NCBI GenBank assembly: GCA_964579365.1 | Contig: CAZOFW010000002.1 | Span: 1-40,194 of the forward strand | Source of the DNA: an uncultured Candidatus Saccharibacteria bacterium | Lineage (GTDB): Bacteria; Patescibacteriota; Dojkabacteria; SC72 | Reading direction: 5' to 3' | DNA length: 40,194 nt | Part shown: positions 32,011 through 40,194 of the stretch, one piece after another | Numbering within the stretch: the stretch's first letter is position 1 | How the letters are laid out: the number at the start of each line of letters is the position of its first letter | Program-made: the position numbers and the translations under genes | Notes under the pieces: model-generated | What the model was told of the DNA's origin: nothing | Databases searched by the model: none | What the model saw: only the letters and a program-made list of their open reading frames with translations

Positions 32011-35000
32011 TTACGGAGTATTAACCCACCAGAAAGGTTGTTTTGCACCATTACTGTTAAACCACTTCCCATGCCTCATAACCTGGTCCATCGTAGGACC
32101 ATCCACTCCATAATCCAATTGTACTTGAGATATATATGGAGTTACATCGGTATCCCAAGTGTTAAATATGGTTTTGTACTGGAAGTATCGTCCGCTTGAT
32201 GGAAAGGTTAGTTCTTCACCGGTATATGCTGAAAGGTAACCAGAGGTTGATCTAAGGTCATCTATCCAGATATTTCTTCCCTCTGTCCCGTTTGTAATTC
32301 TAAATGTCAAAAGATTAACAGCATTAACATGTGTGCTCACAGTCCTATTCTTAATTGGTATATATTCTTTTTGCCATTTAAATACATCTGCATTTACAGT
32401 ATATCCCGCACTTGGGAATGTAGAACCACTGTCCCACGAGGAGACTGTGACAGCGCCTGTGCTTGCAGTTATTGCGGATACAGTACCCTGTGCCAGATAT
32501 TCCGTACCATCGTAATTTTCTTTTACAATAATCTTCTCATCTTTGTATATTCCGCTCCCTAACTCAGCTAAACCATATACAGTTGCATCTATACTAAATG
32601 ATGTATCCCCAGAACCCGTTATTAGGTTACCACTTACCAGTGATGCACCAAAATCTATATTTACGCTATGTGTTCTTAAACCTACTTCATATGATTGACG
32701 GATTTCATCTGGAGTACGAGCGACACCTGATACTTGAACTTCATCTAACAATCCATTGAGGGGATAGCTGGCAGGGGAAGCTGCGTATGTTCCCAAGGTA
32801 AAGACTGATGTTGTTGCGGCCGGATTAACATGTGTACCAGCAGAGGCTGTAATATCCTGCCCATTTACATATATACGGACAGAGCTTCCGCTTCGAGTAA
32901 TTGTTAGAAGTTGCCATCTATTCGTAAATATTCCTACCGCAGATGTAGTATATTGTACAGCTCCGGATTGATTTGTGTAAAAAGTAACTTGTCCTGCGGT
33001 GTTAAATTGAATGTAGACCCCACCTGTGTTATAGACCCCGTTGCTTACTGGGATTGGACTATTTGCAAGACTCACTGGATTTACCCAAAGAGAAAAAGTA
33101 AATGGACTTGCACCAATATTATAATTAGCTCCCGTTGCAATATAGTCACTACTAGTCCCATTAAAACTTCTAGCCCCACCTATCTTGCCACTACTGCTAT
33201 ATGTGGTCCCCGTTGGTGTTCCATTACCACCCCATCCAGAAGAATCTAATATATACGCTCCCGTGCCAGATGCTTCATCCAAATGCCATAACCCAATCGT
33301 ATTTGCATCTGGTTGATAGTTGGAATATGTTGTTTCTCCCCATGTTGCATTAAGATAAGGACCTGGCCTATCACTAGCAATATATATTGGCAAGGTTGTT
33401 GATGAAGAGAGGTCTCTTGTGCTCACAGCCCTATTAATATATGTGTCTCTACCAAGTCTATATGAGTCTGCAATTTCGTTTGCAGTGCGGGCGATATTTG
33501 AAATGCGAAGCTCATCAACAGTACCATCAAGAAGATTCCTGTAATATGGCGAAGTGGAGAATTCTACAGCCCCAATTGTAAGATTATTTGCTATATCATT
33601 GGGAGTACCAGTAGCAGCGGCAGTATTATTTAATACCCCATTTATGTATATCCTAACATTTGATCCATCGTATGTTCCCGCTAAGTGATAATAGGCACCA
33701 GCAGATAATGTAGCTGTTGAGGTTACAACCTGAGCAGTACTTGATGTTTTATAGAAACCAAACGTCACTGTATTTCCACTATTTACAGTCATGTACACAC
33801 TTGGCCATAGTGAACCACCCACCTCCTTGTCAAAAATCGATTGTGCTTTTCCTATATTTGCAAGTTTAACCCAAGCTTCATATGTAAAATATCCAAGAGT
33901 ATCAATATCTGGGGCATCTATATAGTTACTTGTCCCATTGAGAGTTCTCGCTCCTCCGACTTTTCCACTATTTGAATATGTCGCACCAGATGGTGTTGCA
34001 TTGTAAGCATTGGTAGAAGAATCCTTTAAATATGCTCCCGTCCCTCCTCTTTCATCTAAATGCCACAAAGCTACAGTATTTTTATCTATGCTCCCATCTC
34101 CAACAGAAATTCTTCGACTATTATCCCCCTCTACCTTAACAATCGAATCACCCTTAATATGTATCTGATCATATCTCGTCAAGCCTGCTAGATAACTCGT
34201 TTGGACATCAGAAGCTGAAAACGCAGAGTTAAAAAGCCTAATCTCATCCATATTTCCATCTAAAGGCTGCCACGCACTATTAAGATATGCAGTTCCCCAT
34301 CTTGGTGCAGATGTAAGATTTGGAAGTGCGTTAGAGGCAATTGCTGTATAAACAGTCATTGTAATTTCAGTAGCGTTTACATAAACTTTTAAGTTTGTCC
34401 CATCTCTAACAACTGTTAGATATGCCCATGTATTTGCTGGTATCCCATGTGTACCATTGTAATGAGCCTTTACACTTCCAGCCGAAATAGCATAGAATTG
34501 AATTACTGTTGTATCAATAGCGAAATGGATTCTGTTATTACTATCGGTATATTGTCCATACATACCATCCACTGCAGTACTTGTGTTTGTTAGTTTAACC
34601 CACATACTCATAGTGAAAGAGTTTGTCCCGAAATTAAAGGTATCACTATCTGCCATAGAGATATACTCACCTGTACCACTTAGATTTCTAGCTTTACCAT
34701 ACAGACCGTCAATCACTCTTGTTCCCGTTGCAGTTCCTGTATTACTTCCAACGACATCGCCCACTGATGTACCACTTGTTTCTTCCATTGGCCAATATCC
34801 AACCAACCCAGTTGCATCACTATCATAAAAATATGGATCGTCAAAACTCTCCCAAGCAAGATCACTTGCAGAAGTACCATATGACGTCCAACTACTCCAA
34901 GTACTATTATCAGTACTTACTCTATATTGAAATTCAATGTTACCTGCTTGGTAATTCGAGAGTATTTCATCTACCGAAAGTACACGAGAATAAAGAGAAA

Positions 35001-37542
35001 CCAAATCTATAATCCCATTAATAGTGTTGGAGCCGTTTGATCCAATATAGAATACCTCAGTACCATAAGAGATTGCGGTAGAAGTATTTGACCCAACATT
35101 CACACCATCTATATAAAACTCCAAATTAGTACCATCAAAAGTTCCAACTAAATAGTGCCACTCGCTATCATATACTGATATACCACCTGAACCAGTAGTT
35201 GAATTTGATGTACCATTACCCAACTGGAAATATGGGGTACCTCCGGCATCTCCATTGATACCTATTTGATAACCTTGATAATTAGCGCTAACAAACTTCC
35301 CCGCAACCCTTAACCATCCAGCTTTATTATTTAATTTAACCCATGCGCTAAGAGAAACACTTGATAATTCTAAATCCGATAAGTCCCCAATACTTACATA
35401 ATCATCACTTCCATCAAACATTAATGCCCCTGCTCCCCACCTCTTGTTATTTGCAGTCCACCCTGTACCTGCAGCAGCATCTTGAGAGCCTGTAGATGCG
35501 AAATTAGTTAATGTTCCATCACATGTTGCTCCACAACTACCCTCATTGTCTGCTGTGGTACCACTTGTCTCGTTGAAATCCCATTTTGTAATCATATCTG
35601 TTGTACTATATGGTGTTTCCCCATTACCAGTATTTACACCAGAAGGTGTCCAAGAAAGAGTCGCTTCTGAAATGCTAGATTCCATATCTAGAGATGAAGA
35701 AGTGTATTCTCCAGAAGTAATTATCTCCTCTTCGATTGGTATATATTTAACAATAATAATTCCTGAGCCACCAGACATACCAACACTATATCCAGCACCA
35801 CCTCCTCCACCTGTGTTGGCAGTCCCTGCAGTTGGAGCAACACCATTACCTCCACCATTACCTCCACCGCCAAGACCACCAGATACACTAATACTGGAAC
35901 GTGATGCACCACCACCTCCACCAGCATAATACTTAGAGGTTCCACTTATAGAATATGCAAGACCATTTCCGCCAGCGCCTCCATGCCACGAATCACTATC
36001 CCATACATTCACACCTCTTGCTCCCATACCACCACCACCTCCCCCTGCATATGCTACACCGGCAGAAACAGCGTCACCACCACCATACCCTTGTGTACCA
36101 GAGGCACCATAATTGGTAGTATTCCAAGCACCACCTCCTCCTCCACATCCTCCAGAAGTTCCATCTACACCAGCTCCACCAGCACCACCTCCATATCCCG
36201 TAAGTGTAGAAAAACTAGAATTACCACCATTGCTTGCTGGACTTCCACCATTCCCAACAGTTGCGGTGTAAGATCCTGCACTGATTGAAAAATTTGCATT
36301 ATAGACTAACCCACCAGCACCACCACCACCATTTCCAGTTAATCCAGCATTACCACCACCACCACCACCACCAACAACAAGTACTTCAACATTCCCAGAA
36401 CCCACGCATACCAATGAACTACTTGCTGTAAAAGTATGTATTTTGTATTCACCCGATGTCGTTACAGTTCCTCCAGTACAATCAAAAGCTTCTGTATTTT
36501 CAATCTTCTGTATCTTCGGTCCAGTTACACTCTCTACCATGTTAAATATCCCCCCACTAAAATCTGCAGTATCATCATGTACAATACTCGGGTCTATTCT
36601 TACAGGAAATACCCTCTCACCACTTAATAACCAACCTATATCAACAGTAACCTTTGCCCTGTAGTTATCATCCTCTCCCTTCTCTACCTTCAAACTAACA
36701 TCAGAGGTTTTGTATCCGACATTATCTACTGCAAAGTTAGGAAGAAAATGTGCTAAATACCTACCTTTACCATCTACAAAATAATATGTACTTGTACTCT
36801 TACCATCTATCGTAAACCACCCCTCCTTTATCTCTACTCCTTCATCTACATTCAAGTCGAAAACAAACTCATTCAAAGGTAATTTACACCCACTATCCTT
36901 ACAACTATTCTTGTACGCTTCCAAATCCCTTATGATTATCTCCTCCTTTAAACCCAATCCCGTAAGTATCTGGTACTCCAAATCTACACCATCTGCTACC
37001 CCCTTGTTCAAAACAGTCTGTTTAGATACAGGACCATCATCATTGTAGTTACCAATCTCCCTCCCAACATCTATTAATTCTGTAGAGGTCTTTACATTGT
37101 CAGTCCCTATTACATCTGCAACCTTAATCACTTCCTCACCATACTTTTCTAAATCTTCCTTCTTAAGATCTACCCCTACCAAAGACATCTCAATTCCGTA
37201 TCTTTCTTTCTTTTGGAAAAGTCCCTTTATTTTGGAAAATATGTTTCCCTCTTCACTTTCAAAAGGATTTTTTCTAGAAGTATCTGCTTCAAATCTTACA
37301 ATTTGCTTTTCTGGTTGCTCAACCGTACCAAAATTTACAGAGAATTTAGGATTCTGATTTACTAAAAACGCAACGCTATCTTTCTCTGGTACGAATATTC
37401 TGTCATTGGGAGAAAGCCTACCAAAGAGGAAATATATAGTGAGACCGATAGTGAGTTGGAGGGAAAGAAAGACAACAAAGATAGTTGTTTTATGTTTACC
37501 ATAGAAACTCTTTATTCTATTTTTTATGGCAGATTTTTTCAT
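32011..37542 (-). CDS. giant (1843 aa) N-terminally anchored surface protein: glycine-rich module plus at least four LamG/concanavalin-A-like repeats
   Basis: The N-terminal TM helix is TTIFVVFLSLQLTIGLTIYFLF. The Gly-rich block spans aa ~385-600 (VLVVGGGGGGGNAGLTGNGGGGAGG...NTGGGGGAGYSVGMSGGSGIIIVKY). Four repeats each start with WDFNE / YWPMEE / LWHLDE / LWHLDE. They end with IIDLVSLYSRVLSVDEILSNY, NMDEIRLFNSAFSASDVQTSY, TVDELRISNIARTANEIADSY and LLDEVQVSGVARTPDEIRQSY, which is the Laminin_G_3 style. Confidence 0.85.
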   Translation of the reverse strand: MKKSAIKNRIKSFYGKHKTTIFVVFLSLQLTIGLTIYFLFGRLSPNDRIFVPEKDSVAFLVNQNPKFSVNFGTVEQPEKQIVRFEADTSRKNPFESEEGNIFSKIKGLFQKKERYGIEMSLVGVDLKKEDLEKYGEEVIKVADVIGTDNVKTSTELIDVGREIGNYNDDGPVSKQTVLNKGVADGVDLEYQILTGLGLKEEIIIRDLEAYKNSCKDSGCKLPLNEFVFDLNVDEGVEIKEGWFTIDGKSTSTYYFVDGKGRYLAHFLPNFAVDNVGYKTSDVSLKVEKGEDDNYRAKVTVDIGWLLSGERVFPVRIDPSIVHDDTADFSGGIFNMVESVTGPKIQKIENTEAFDCTGGTVTTSGEYKIHTFTASSSLVCVGSGNVEVLVVGGGGGGGNAGLTGNGGGGAGGLVYNANFSISAGSYTATVGNGGSPASNGGNSSFSTLTGYGGGAGGAGVDGTSGGCGGGGGAWNTTNYGASGTQGYGGGDAVSAGVAYAGGGGGGMGARGVNVWDSDSWHGGAGGNGLAYSISGTSKYYAGGGGGASRSSISVSGGLGGGGNGGGNGVAPTAGTANTGGGGGAGYSVGMSGGSGIIIVKYIPIEEEIITSGEYTSSSLDMESSISEATLSWTPSGVNTGNGETPYSTTDMITKWDFNETSGTTADNEGSCGATCDGTLTNFASTGSQDAAAGTGWTANNKRWGAGALMFDGSDDYVSIGDLSDLELSSVSLSAWVKLNNKAGWLRVAGKFVSANYQGYQIGINGDAGGTPYFQLGNGTSNSTTGSGGISVYDSEWHYLVGTFDGTNLEFYIDGVNVGSNTSTAISYGTEVFYIGSNGSNTINGIIDLVSLYSRVLSVDEILSNYQAGNIEFQYRVSTDNSTWSSWTSYGTSASDLAWESFDDPYFYDSDATGLVGYWPMEETSGTSVGDVVGSNTGTATGTRVIDGLYGKARNLSGTGEYISMADSDTFNFGTNSFTMSMWVKLTNTSTAVDGMYGQYTDSNNRIHFAIDTTVIQFYAISAGSVKAHYNGTHGIPANTWAYLTVVRDGTNLKVYVNATEITMTVYTAIASNALPNLTSAPRWGTAYLNSAWQPLDGNMDEIRLFNSAFSASDVQTSYLAGLTRYDQIHIKGDSIVKVEGDNSRRISVGDGSIDKNTVALWHLDERGGTGAYLKDSSTNAYNATPSGATYSNSGKVGGARTLNGTSNYIDAPDIDTLGYFTYEAWVKLANIGKAQSIFDKEVGGSLWPSVYMTVNSGNTVTFGFYKTSSTAQVVTSTATLSAGAYYHLAGTYDGSNVRIYINGVLNNTAAATGTPNDIANNLTIGAVEFSTSPYYRNLLDGTVDELRISNIARTANEIADSYRLGRDTYINRAVSTRDLSSSTTLPIYIASDRPGPYLNATWGETTYSNYQPDANTIGLWHLDEASGTGAYILDSSGWGGNGTPTGTTYSSSGKIGGARSFNGTSSDYIATGANYNIGASPFTFSLWVNPVSLANSPIPVSNGVYNTGGVYIQFNTAGQVTFYTNQSGAVQYTTSAVGIFTNRWQLLTITRSGSSVRIYVNGQDITASAGTHVNPAATTSVFTLGTYAASPASYPLNGLLDEVQVSGVARTPDEIRQSYEVGLRTHSVNIDFGASLVSGNLITGSGDTSFSIDATVYGLAELGSGIYKDEKIIVKENYDGTEYLAQGTVSAITASTGAVTVSSWDSGSTFPSAGYTVNADVFKWQKEYIPIKNRTVSTHVNAVNLLTFRITNGTEGRNIWIDDLRSTSGYLSAYTGEELTFPSSGRYFQYKTIFNTWDTDVTPYISQVQLDYGVDGPTMDQVMRHGKWFNSNGAKQPFWWVNTP
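35745..36420 (-). repeat. coding low-complexity GGN-codon tract (glycine-rich module of the 1843-aa protein)
   Basis: The plus strand shows long imperfect ACC/TCC/GCC runs (e.g. accaccaccaccaccaccaac at ~36355-36375), which are Gly codons on the minus strand. Confidence 0.7.
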
Positions 37543-37546
37543 TGAA

Positions 37547-40194
37547 TTACAATGATCTGTTATAAATAATCTGTATATCTCCTACTCTTGCATAGCTATC
37601 ATTAGCAGAGGACATCTTAATAACAAACATACATGTTGTACCAGCACCAGTACATTCATCTAAACCAGAACCTGAGATTGTTGCCGTATTCCATACACCG
37701 GCAGTGCCGGAAGCTTGACCTGTAGAAGACCCATCCACAGTTGCAGAACCCTCTTCATACACATAGAAATCTAATTTGTTGTTTGTTGTACCCGTAGCTT
37801 CAGTAGCATAATTAAACACCACCCAGCCAGAACCCCAAGCGTTGAAATCTGCCGGTAAAGTAAATCTAACACGTATATCATAATCGTTAAGAGATGTTTC
37901 CGCACTGCTCCATTCGTAGTAATTCATTGAGTCAGAGGCTGTACCTTCACTGTCCGAAGTCATAGCACCACTGTTACTACTCCCGTCCGCAGAGAGAACA
38001 GCTCCCGGATACTCTGCGGAGAGGGTAACTGTGTTAGTGTAATCTCCCAATGGCATCCAGCCACCGTCTATATAGAATTCTAAATGATCTGAGGTGGCAT
38101 TGTATCTAATTCCACCCTGATATCCTATGCCTTCTCCTAGCGTTAAAGTAACATTGCCAGAGGAACCTCCTCCAAAGGTTGCATTTCCAGCAGAGTCTAC
38201 TACAAACATATCACTACCACTCTCCTGCATTCTAATAAGGTTGCCACCTGTCCCCGTCTTGTTGATCCAAATACTGTTTGTATCGTTAGCACTATCTACC
38301 TGTGCAGACGAAGGTGCTAGATTGACATATGCTAATGTTCCAGCATTCTCCCCTCCTGAGAGTGCAACTGTAAGTTTAAGATACTGTGTTGCTCCAGAGT
38401 AGTTATATAGTCTTACATTGTTGTTATCCTGGACCACTACCCTGTATCCGGTATTGTAGGATATGGATATATTTTCTAATCTTGGGTAGTAAGCTAGATT
38501 TGTGGTAGTAAATATTACTCTATACTGAAGGTAATTGTTTGGTGTACTTGCAATTACAGAACCATCATTATCTGTTAGTAATTCCTCCGCCTTTACATTA
38601 TCTAGATATATCGTGTTACTCGTCGATGACTGGTTTGTTAATCTTAATTTGGTAATACCATCTCTACTGGCACTAGCTATCGCCGAAATATCCAAATACA
38701 CTTTCTGCCATGTATCAGCAGCATCTACAGTAATATCTTGGTATATCTCGGTTGCAACACTCTCTCCCATACCTAGTCTTAATGTATTACCAGTTTGCGA
38801 TGCTCTTACCCAAACTGTTGCATAATCGTAACCTGATAGATCTGTACTCGATATTGTTGCTTCTGCATATCCCCCAGAGGTACTACTAGTAATCTTAGTT
38901 ACATTGGTAGCAGTTCCCTCATCTTCATCTTCAAAGAAATCTATGTTCCTAGTTACATCTCCTTCTGCAACTGTAGCATTGGTACCTGTCCACGCAGTAT
39001 GCGTATCTGCATTTTGAAGTACTAAGTAATTTGTACTCGCCGTAGAGGGTTTCCAAGCTTCCCATGTTCCATCAGTAGAATCTGTTGAGTTTCCACTTCT
39101 TGTTTGTATTGATATATTTCCATATGTATCCAATGATTCTGTCCATCTTAGATTGTCATATGATTGAGCTGAACGGGTTGCTATGACTGGGCTATTGTAG
39201 ATACCATAACTGTTGTAACCTACAGATGTATAAGAGGTAACAGAGGCATTCGCTGTAGATCCAGAATAGGAAGATGCGTAAGATACTACTATTCTGCCTA
39301 AACCACCTGCACCACCATAATATGTAAGTGTTCCAGTTGAACAACCAGATCCTCCAGAGCCTCCATTTACTCCTACTAAACTACTGCCTAAGACTGCACT
39401 ATTTGCCTGTAAATATATTGACCCCCCAGCACCACCACCTCCTCCACCATTATATCTACCTGATGCACATGTATAACCATTAGACCCAGTCGCTCCATTG
39501 GAAACAATGCTCCCAGATACCGTTAAGGATGTTGCCCCAACATATATTATCCCCCCCCCGTTCGCACCAGCACCACCACCATCCACCGTAGCATTCCAGT
39601 TTCCGCCACCACCACCTGCAGAACCAAAATACAATTTTGACAAAGAAGATTCTCCATAAGTTCCTCCATTACCACCAAGACTTGTGCTTCCGTTTGAAGA
39701 TGCGTTTGTCGCATAACCTGTACCATATCCACCACCACCACCACCATGGTGGGCACCACCACCACCACCAGAACCTCCCGATGTTGCAGAACCTGTACCA
39801 GGAGTTCCCCCCGTATAAGTACCACCACCACCACCTGTAATACCGTTCCCTGCTACTCCAGGAACTCCTCCGGTCGTTACTCCTGCACCACCTCCGGCAG
39901 CCCCGTTACCACCAGTGGTAAAAGCGGATGTTCCCCCCGTACCACCCAACCCACTAAAAGCCTCTCCTCCATCACCACCAGCTCTTCCATAATCATTTGT
40001 TCTCGCTACACCTCCTCGATACCCCAGACTACTAGTTGTAATAGAGCCACTTACGGAAACAGCTCCATTCGCTCTAAAGAAAATCACTCCACCCTTTGCA
40101 CCATTCCATGCGGATGGAGAAAATGTCATAGAGGAATTCACAGTTACATCATTGTAATTAGGAACTCTCTGCAACATTACTCTCTGGGTACCTG
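37547..40194 (-). CDS. large glycine-rich surface protein, N-terminus beyond the window edge (partial)
   Basis: The frame stays open upstream of the Met at 40177 to the window end (...GTQRV-MLQRV), and the visible start has no signal peptide. The Gly-rich block spans aa ~55-300 (GGGGGAHHGGGGGGYGTG..., GGGGGGAGGSIYLQANS...GGAGGLGRIVVSY), followed by ~570 aa of Thr/Ser/Asn-rich beta-type sequence. The stop is 4 nt before the next giant gene. Confidence 0.8.
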   Translation of the reverse strand, partial: GTQRVMLQRVPNYNDVTVNSSMTFSPSAWNGAKGGVIFFRANGAVSVSGSITTSSLGYRGGVARTNDYGRAGGDGGEAFSGLGGTGGTSAFTTGGNGAAGGGAGVTTGGVPGVAGNGITGGGGGTYTGGTPGTGSATSGGSGGGGGAHHGGGGGGYGTGYATNASSNGSTSLGGNGGTYGESSLSKLYFGSAGGGGGNWNATVDGGGAGANGGGIIYVGATSLTVSGSIVSNGATGSNGYTCASGRYNGGGGGGAGGSIYLQANSAVLGSSLVGVNGGSGGSGCSTGTLTYYGGAGGLGRIVVSYASSYSGSTANASVTSYTSVGYNSYGIYNSPVIATRSAQSYDNLRWTESLDTYGNISIQTRSGNSTDSTDGTWEAWKPSTASTNYLVLQNADTHTAWTGTNATVAEGDVTRNIDFFEDEDEGTATNVTKITSSTSGGYAEATISSTDLSGYDYATVWVRASQTGNTLRLGMGESVATEIYQDITVDAADTWQKVYLDISAIASASRDGITKLRLTNQSSTSNTIYLDNVKAEELLTDNDGSVIASTPNNYLQYRVIFTTTNLAYYPRLENISISYNTGYRVVVQDNNNVRLYNYSGATQYLKLTVALSGGENAGTLAYVNLAPSSAQVDSANDTNSIWINKTGTGGNLIRMQESGSDMFVVDSAGNATFGGGSSGNVTLTLGEGIGYQGGIRYNATSDHLEFYIDGGWMPLGDYTNTVTLSAEYPGAVLSADGSSNSGAMTSDSEGTASDSMNYYEWSSAETSLNDYDIRVRFTLPADFNAWGSGWVVFNYATEATGTTNNKLDFYVYEEGSATVDGSSTGQASGTAGVWNTATISGSGLDECTGAGTTCMFVIKMSSANDSYARVGDIQIIYNRSL
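39280..40015 (-). repeat. coding low-complexity GGN-codon tract (glycine-rich module of the partial protein), includes a G9 homopolymer
   Basis: Imperfect ACC/CCA/TCC runs on the plus strand, with C9 at 39551-39559. Confidence 0.7.

Noticed and set aside
35546-35945. Pro-rich 127-aa plus-strand ORF and a V/L/E-rich 74-aa minus-strand ORF in the track.
   Set aside because: The 127-aa ORF is the antisense reading and the 74-aa ORF an alternative-frame reading of the GGN-codon glycine tract of the 1843-aa gene. Their odd composition is a mirror image of Gly codons, not evidence of coding.
35745-36420. Triplet-repeat-looking DNA (ACCACCACC...) as a microsatellite or CRISPR-like array.
   Set aside because: The repeats are imperfect, stay in frame and encode Gly runs. 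There is no repeat-spacer periodicity and there are no cas genes.
39547-39840. Val-rich 95-aa ORF and His-rich 67-aa ORF (HHHHHHGGHHHHH).
   Set aside because: The 95-aa ORF is an off-frame reading and the 67-aa ORF an antisense reading of the glycine-rich module of the partial giant gene. Neither has an independent start context.
1-40194. Alternative genetic code (UGA recoded as in Gracilibacteria/Absconditabacteria, or code 4).
   Set aside because: All conserved genes are full length under the standard code. TGA terminates the 556-aa gene at 11930-11932, exactly 2 nt before the next start.

Overview
The window is AT-rich bacterial DNA with tightly packed genes. Its gene content suggests a reduced-genome CPR/Patescibacteria-type organism; this is an inference from the RuBisCO-like large subunit, an archaeal-type ProRS, giant LamG/glycine-rich surface proteins and mostly Shine-Dalgarno-free starts. 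Standard code applies: TGA is used as a stop at 11930-11932. I can support eight tRNA genes: Tyr (partial), Thr, Trp, Pro and three Arg isoacceptors. Also supported are the rpmG-tRNATrp-secE-nusG-rplK-rplA ... rplJ-rplL block, mreB, trpS, uvrA, proS, rlmN, argS, comEA and a split comEC, a cyclophilin PPIase, and a C45-type hydrolase. Two tandem giant surface-protein genes follow; the last runs off the window edge. I saw no CRISPR array, rRNA, transposase or integrase. The most interesting locus is 7.1-14.1 kb. It holds a translationally coupled five-gene operon: a 7TM protein followed by four different ATP-grasp amidoligases. One ligase is an alpha-L-glutamate-ligase-like enzyme fused to a retropepsin-like (DUF785) domain, two are cyanophycin-synthetase G-domain-like, and one is RimK-like. 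The operon converges on a DUF1704/MATCAP-type HExxxH...EGLA metallocarboxypeptidase. An unannotated 24-codon Gly/Pro-rich ORF sits exactly between the two arms. I read this as a candidate uncharacterised system that ligates and trims a peptide tail or poly-amino-acid, sitting where rpoBC normally follows rplL. Secondary points are listed as separate findings: orphan genes with their own promoters inside the rplKA/rplJL cluster, a 70-nt structured element upstream of the rplJ promoter, a G9 tract inside a surface-protein gene, a G34 tRNA-Arg(GCG) next to argS, and comEC split by a frame change.
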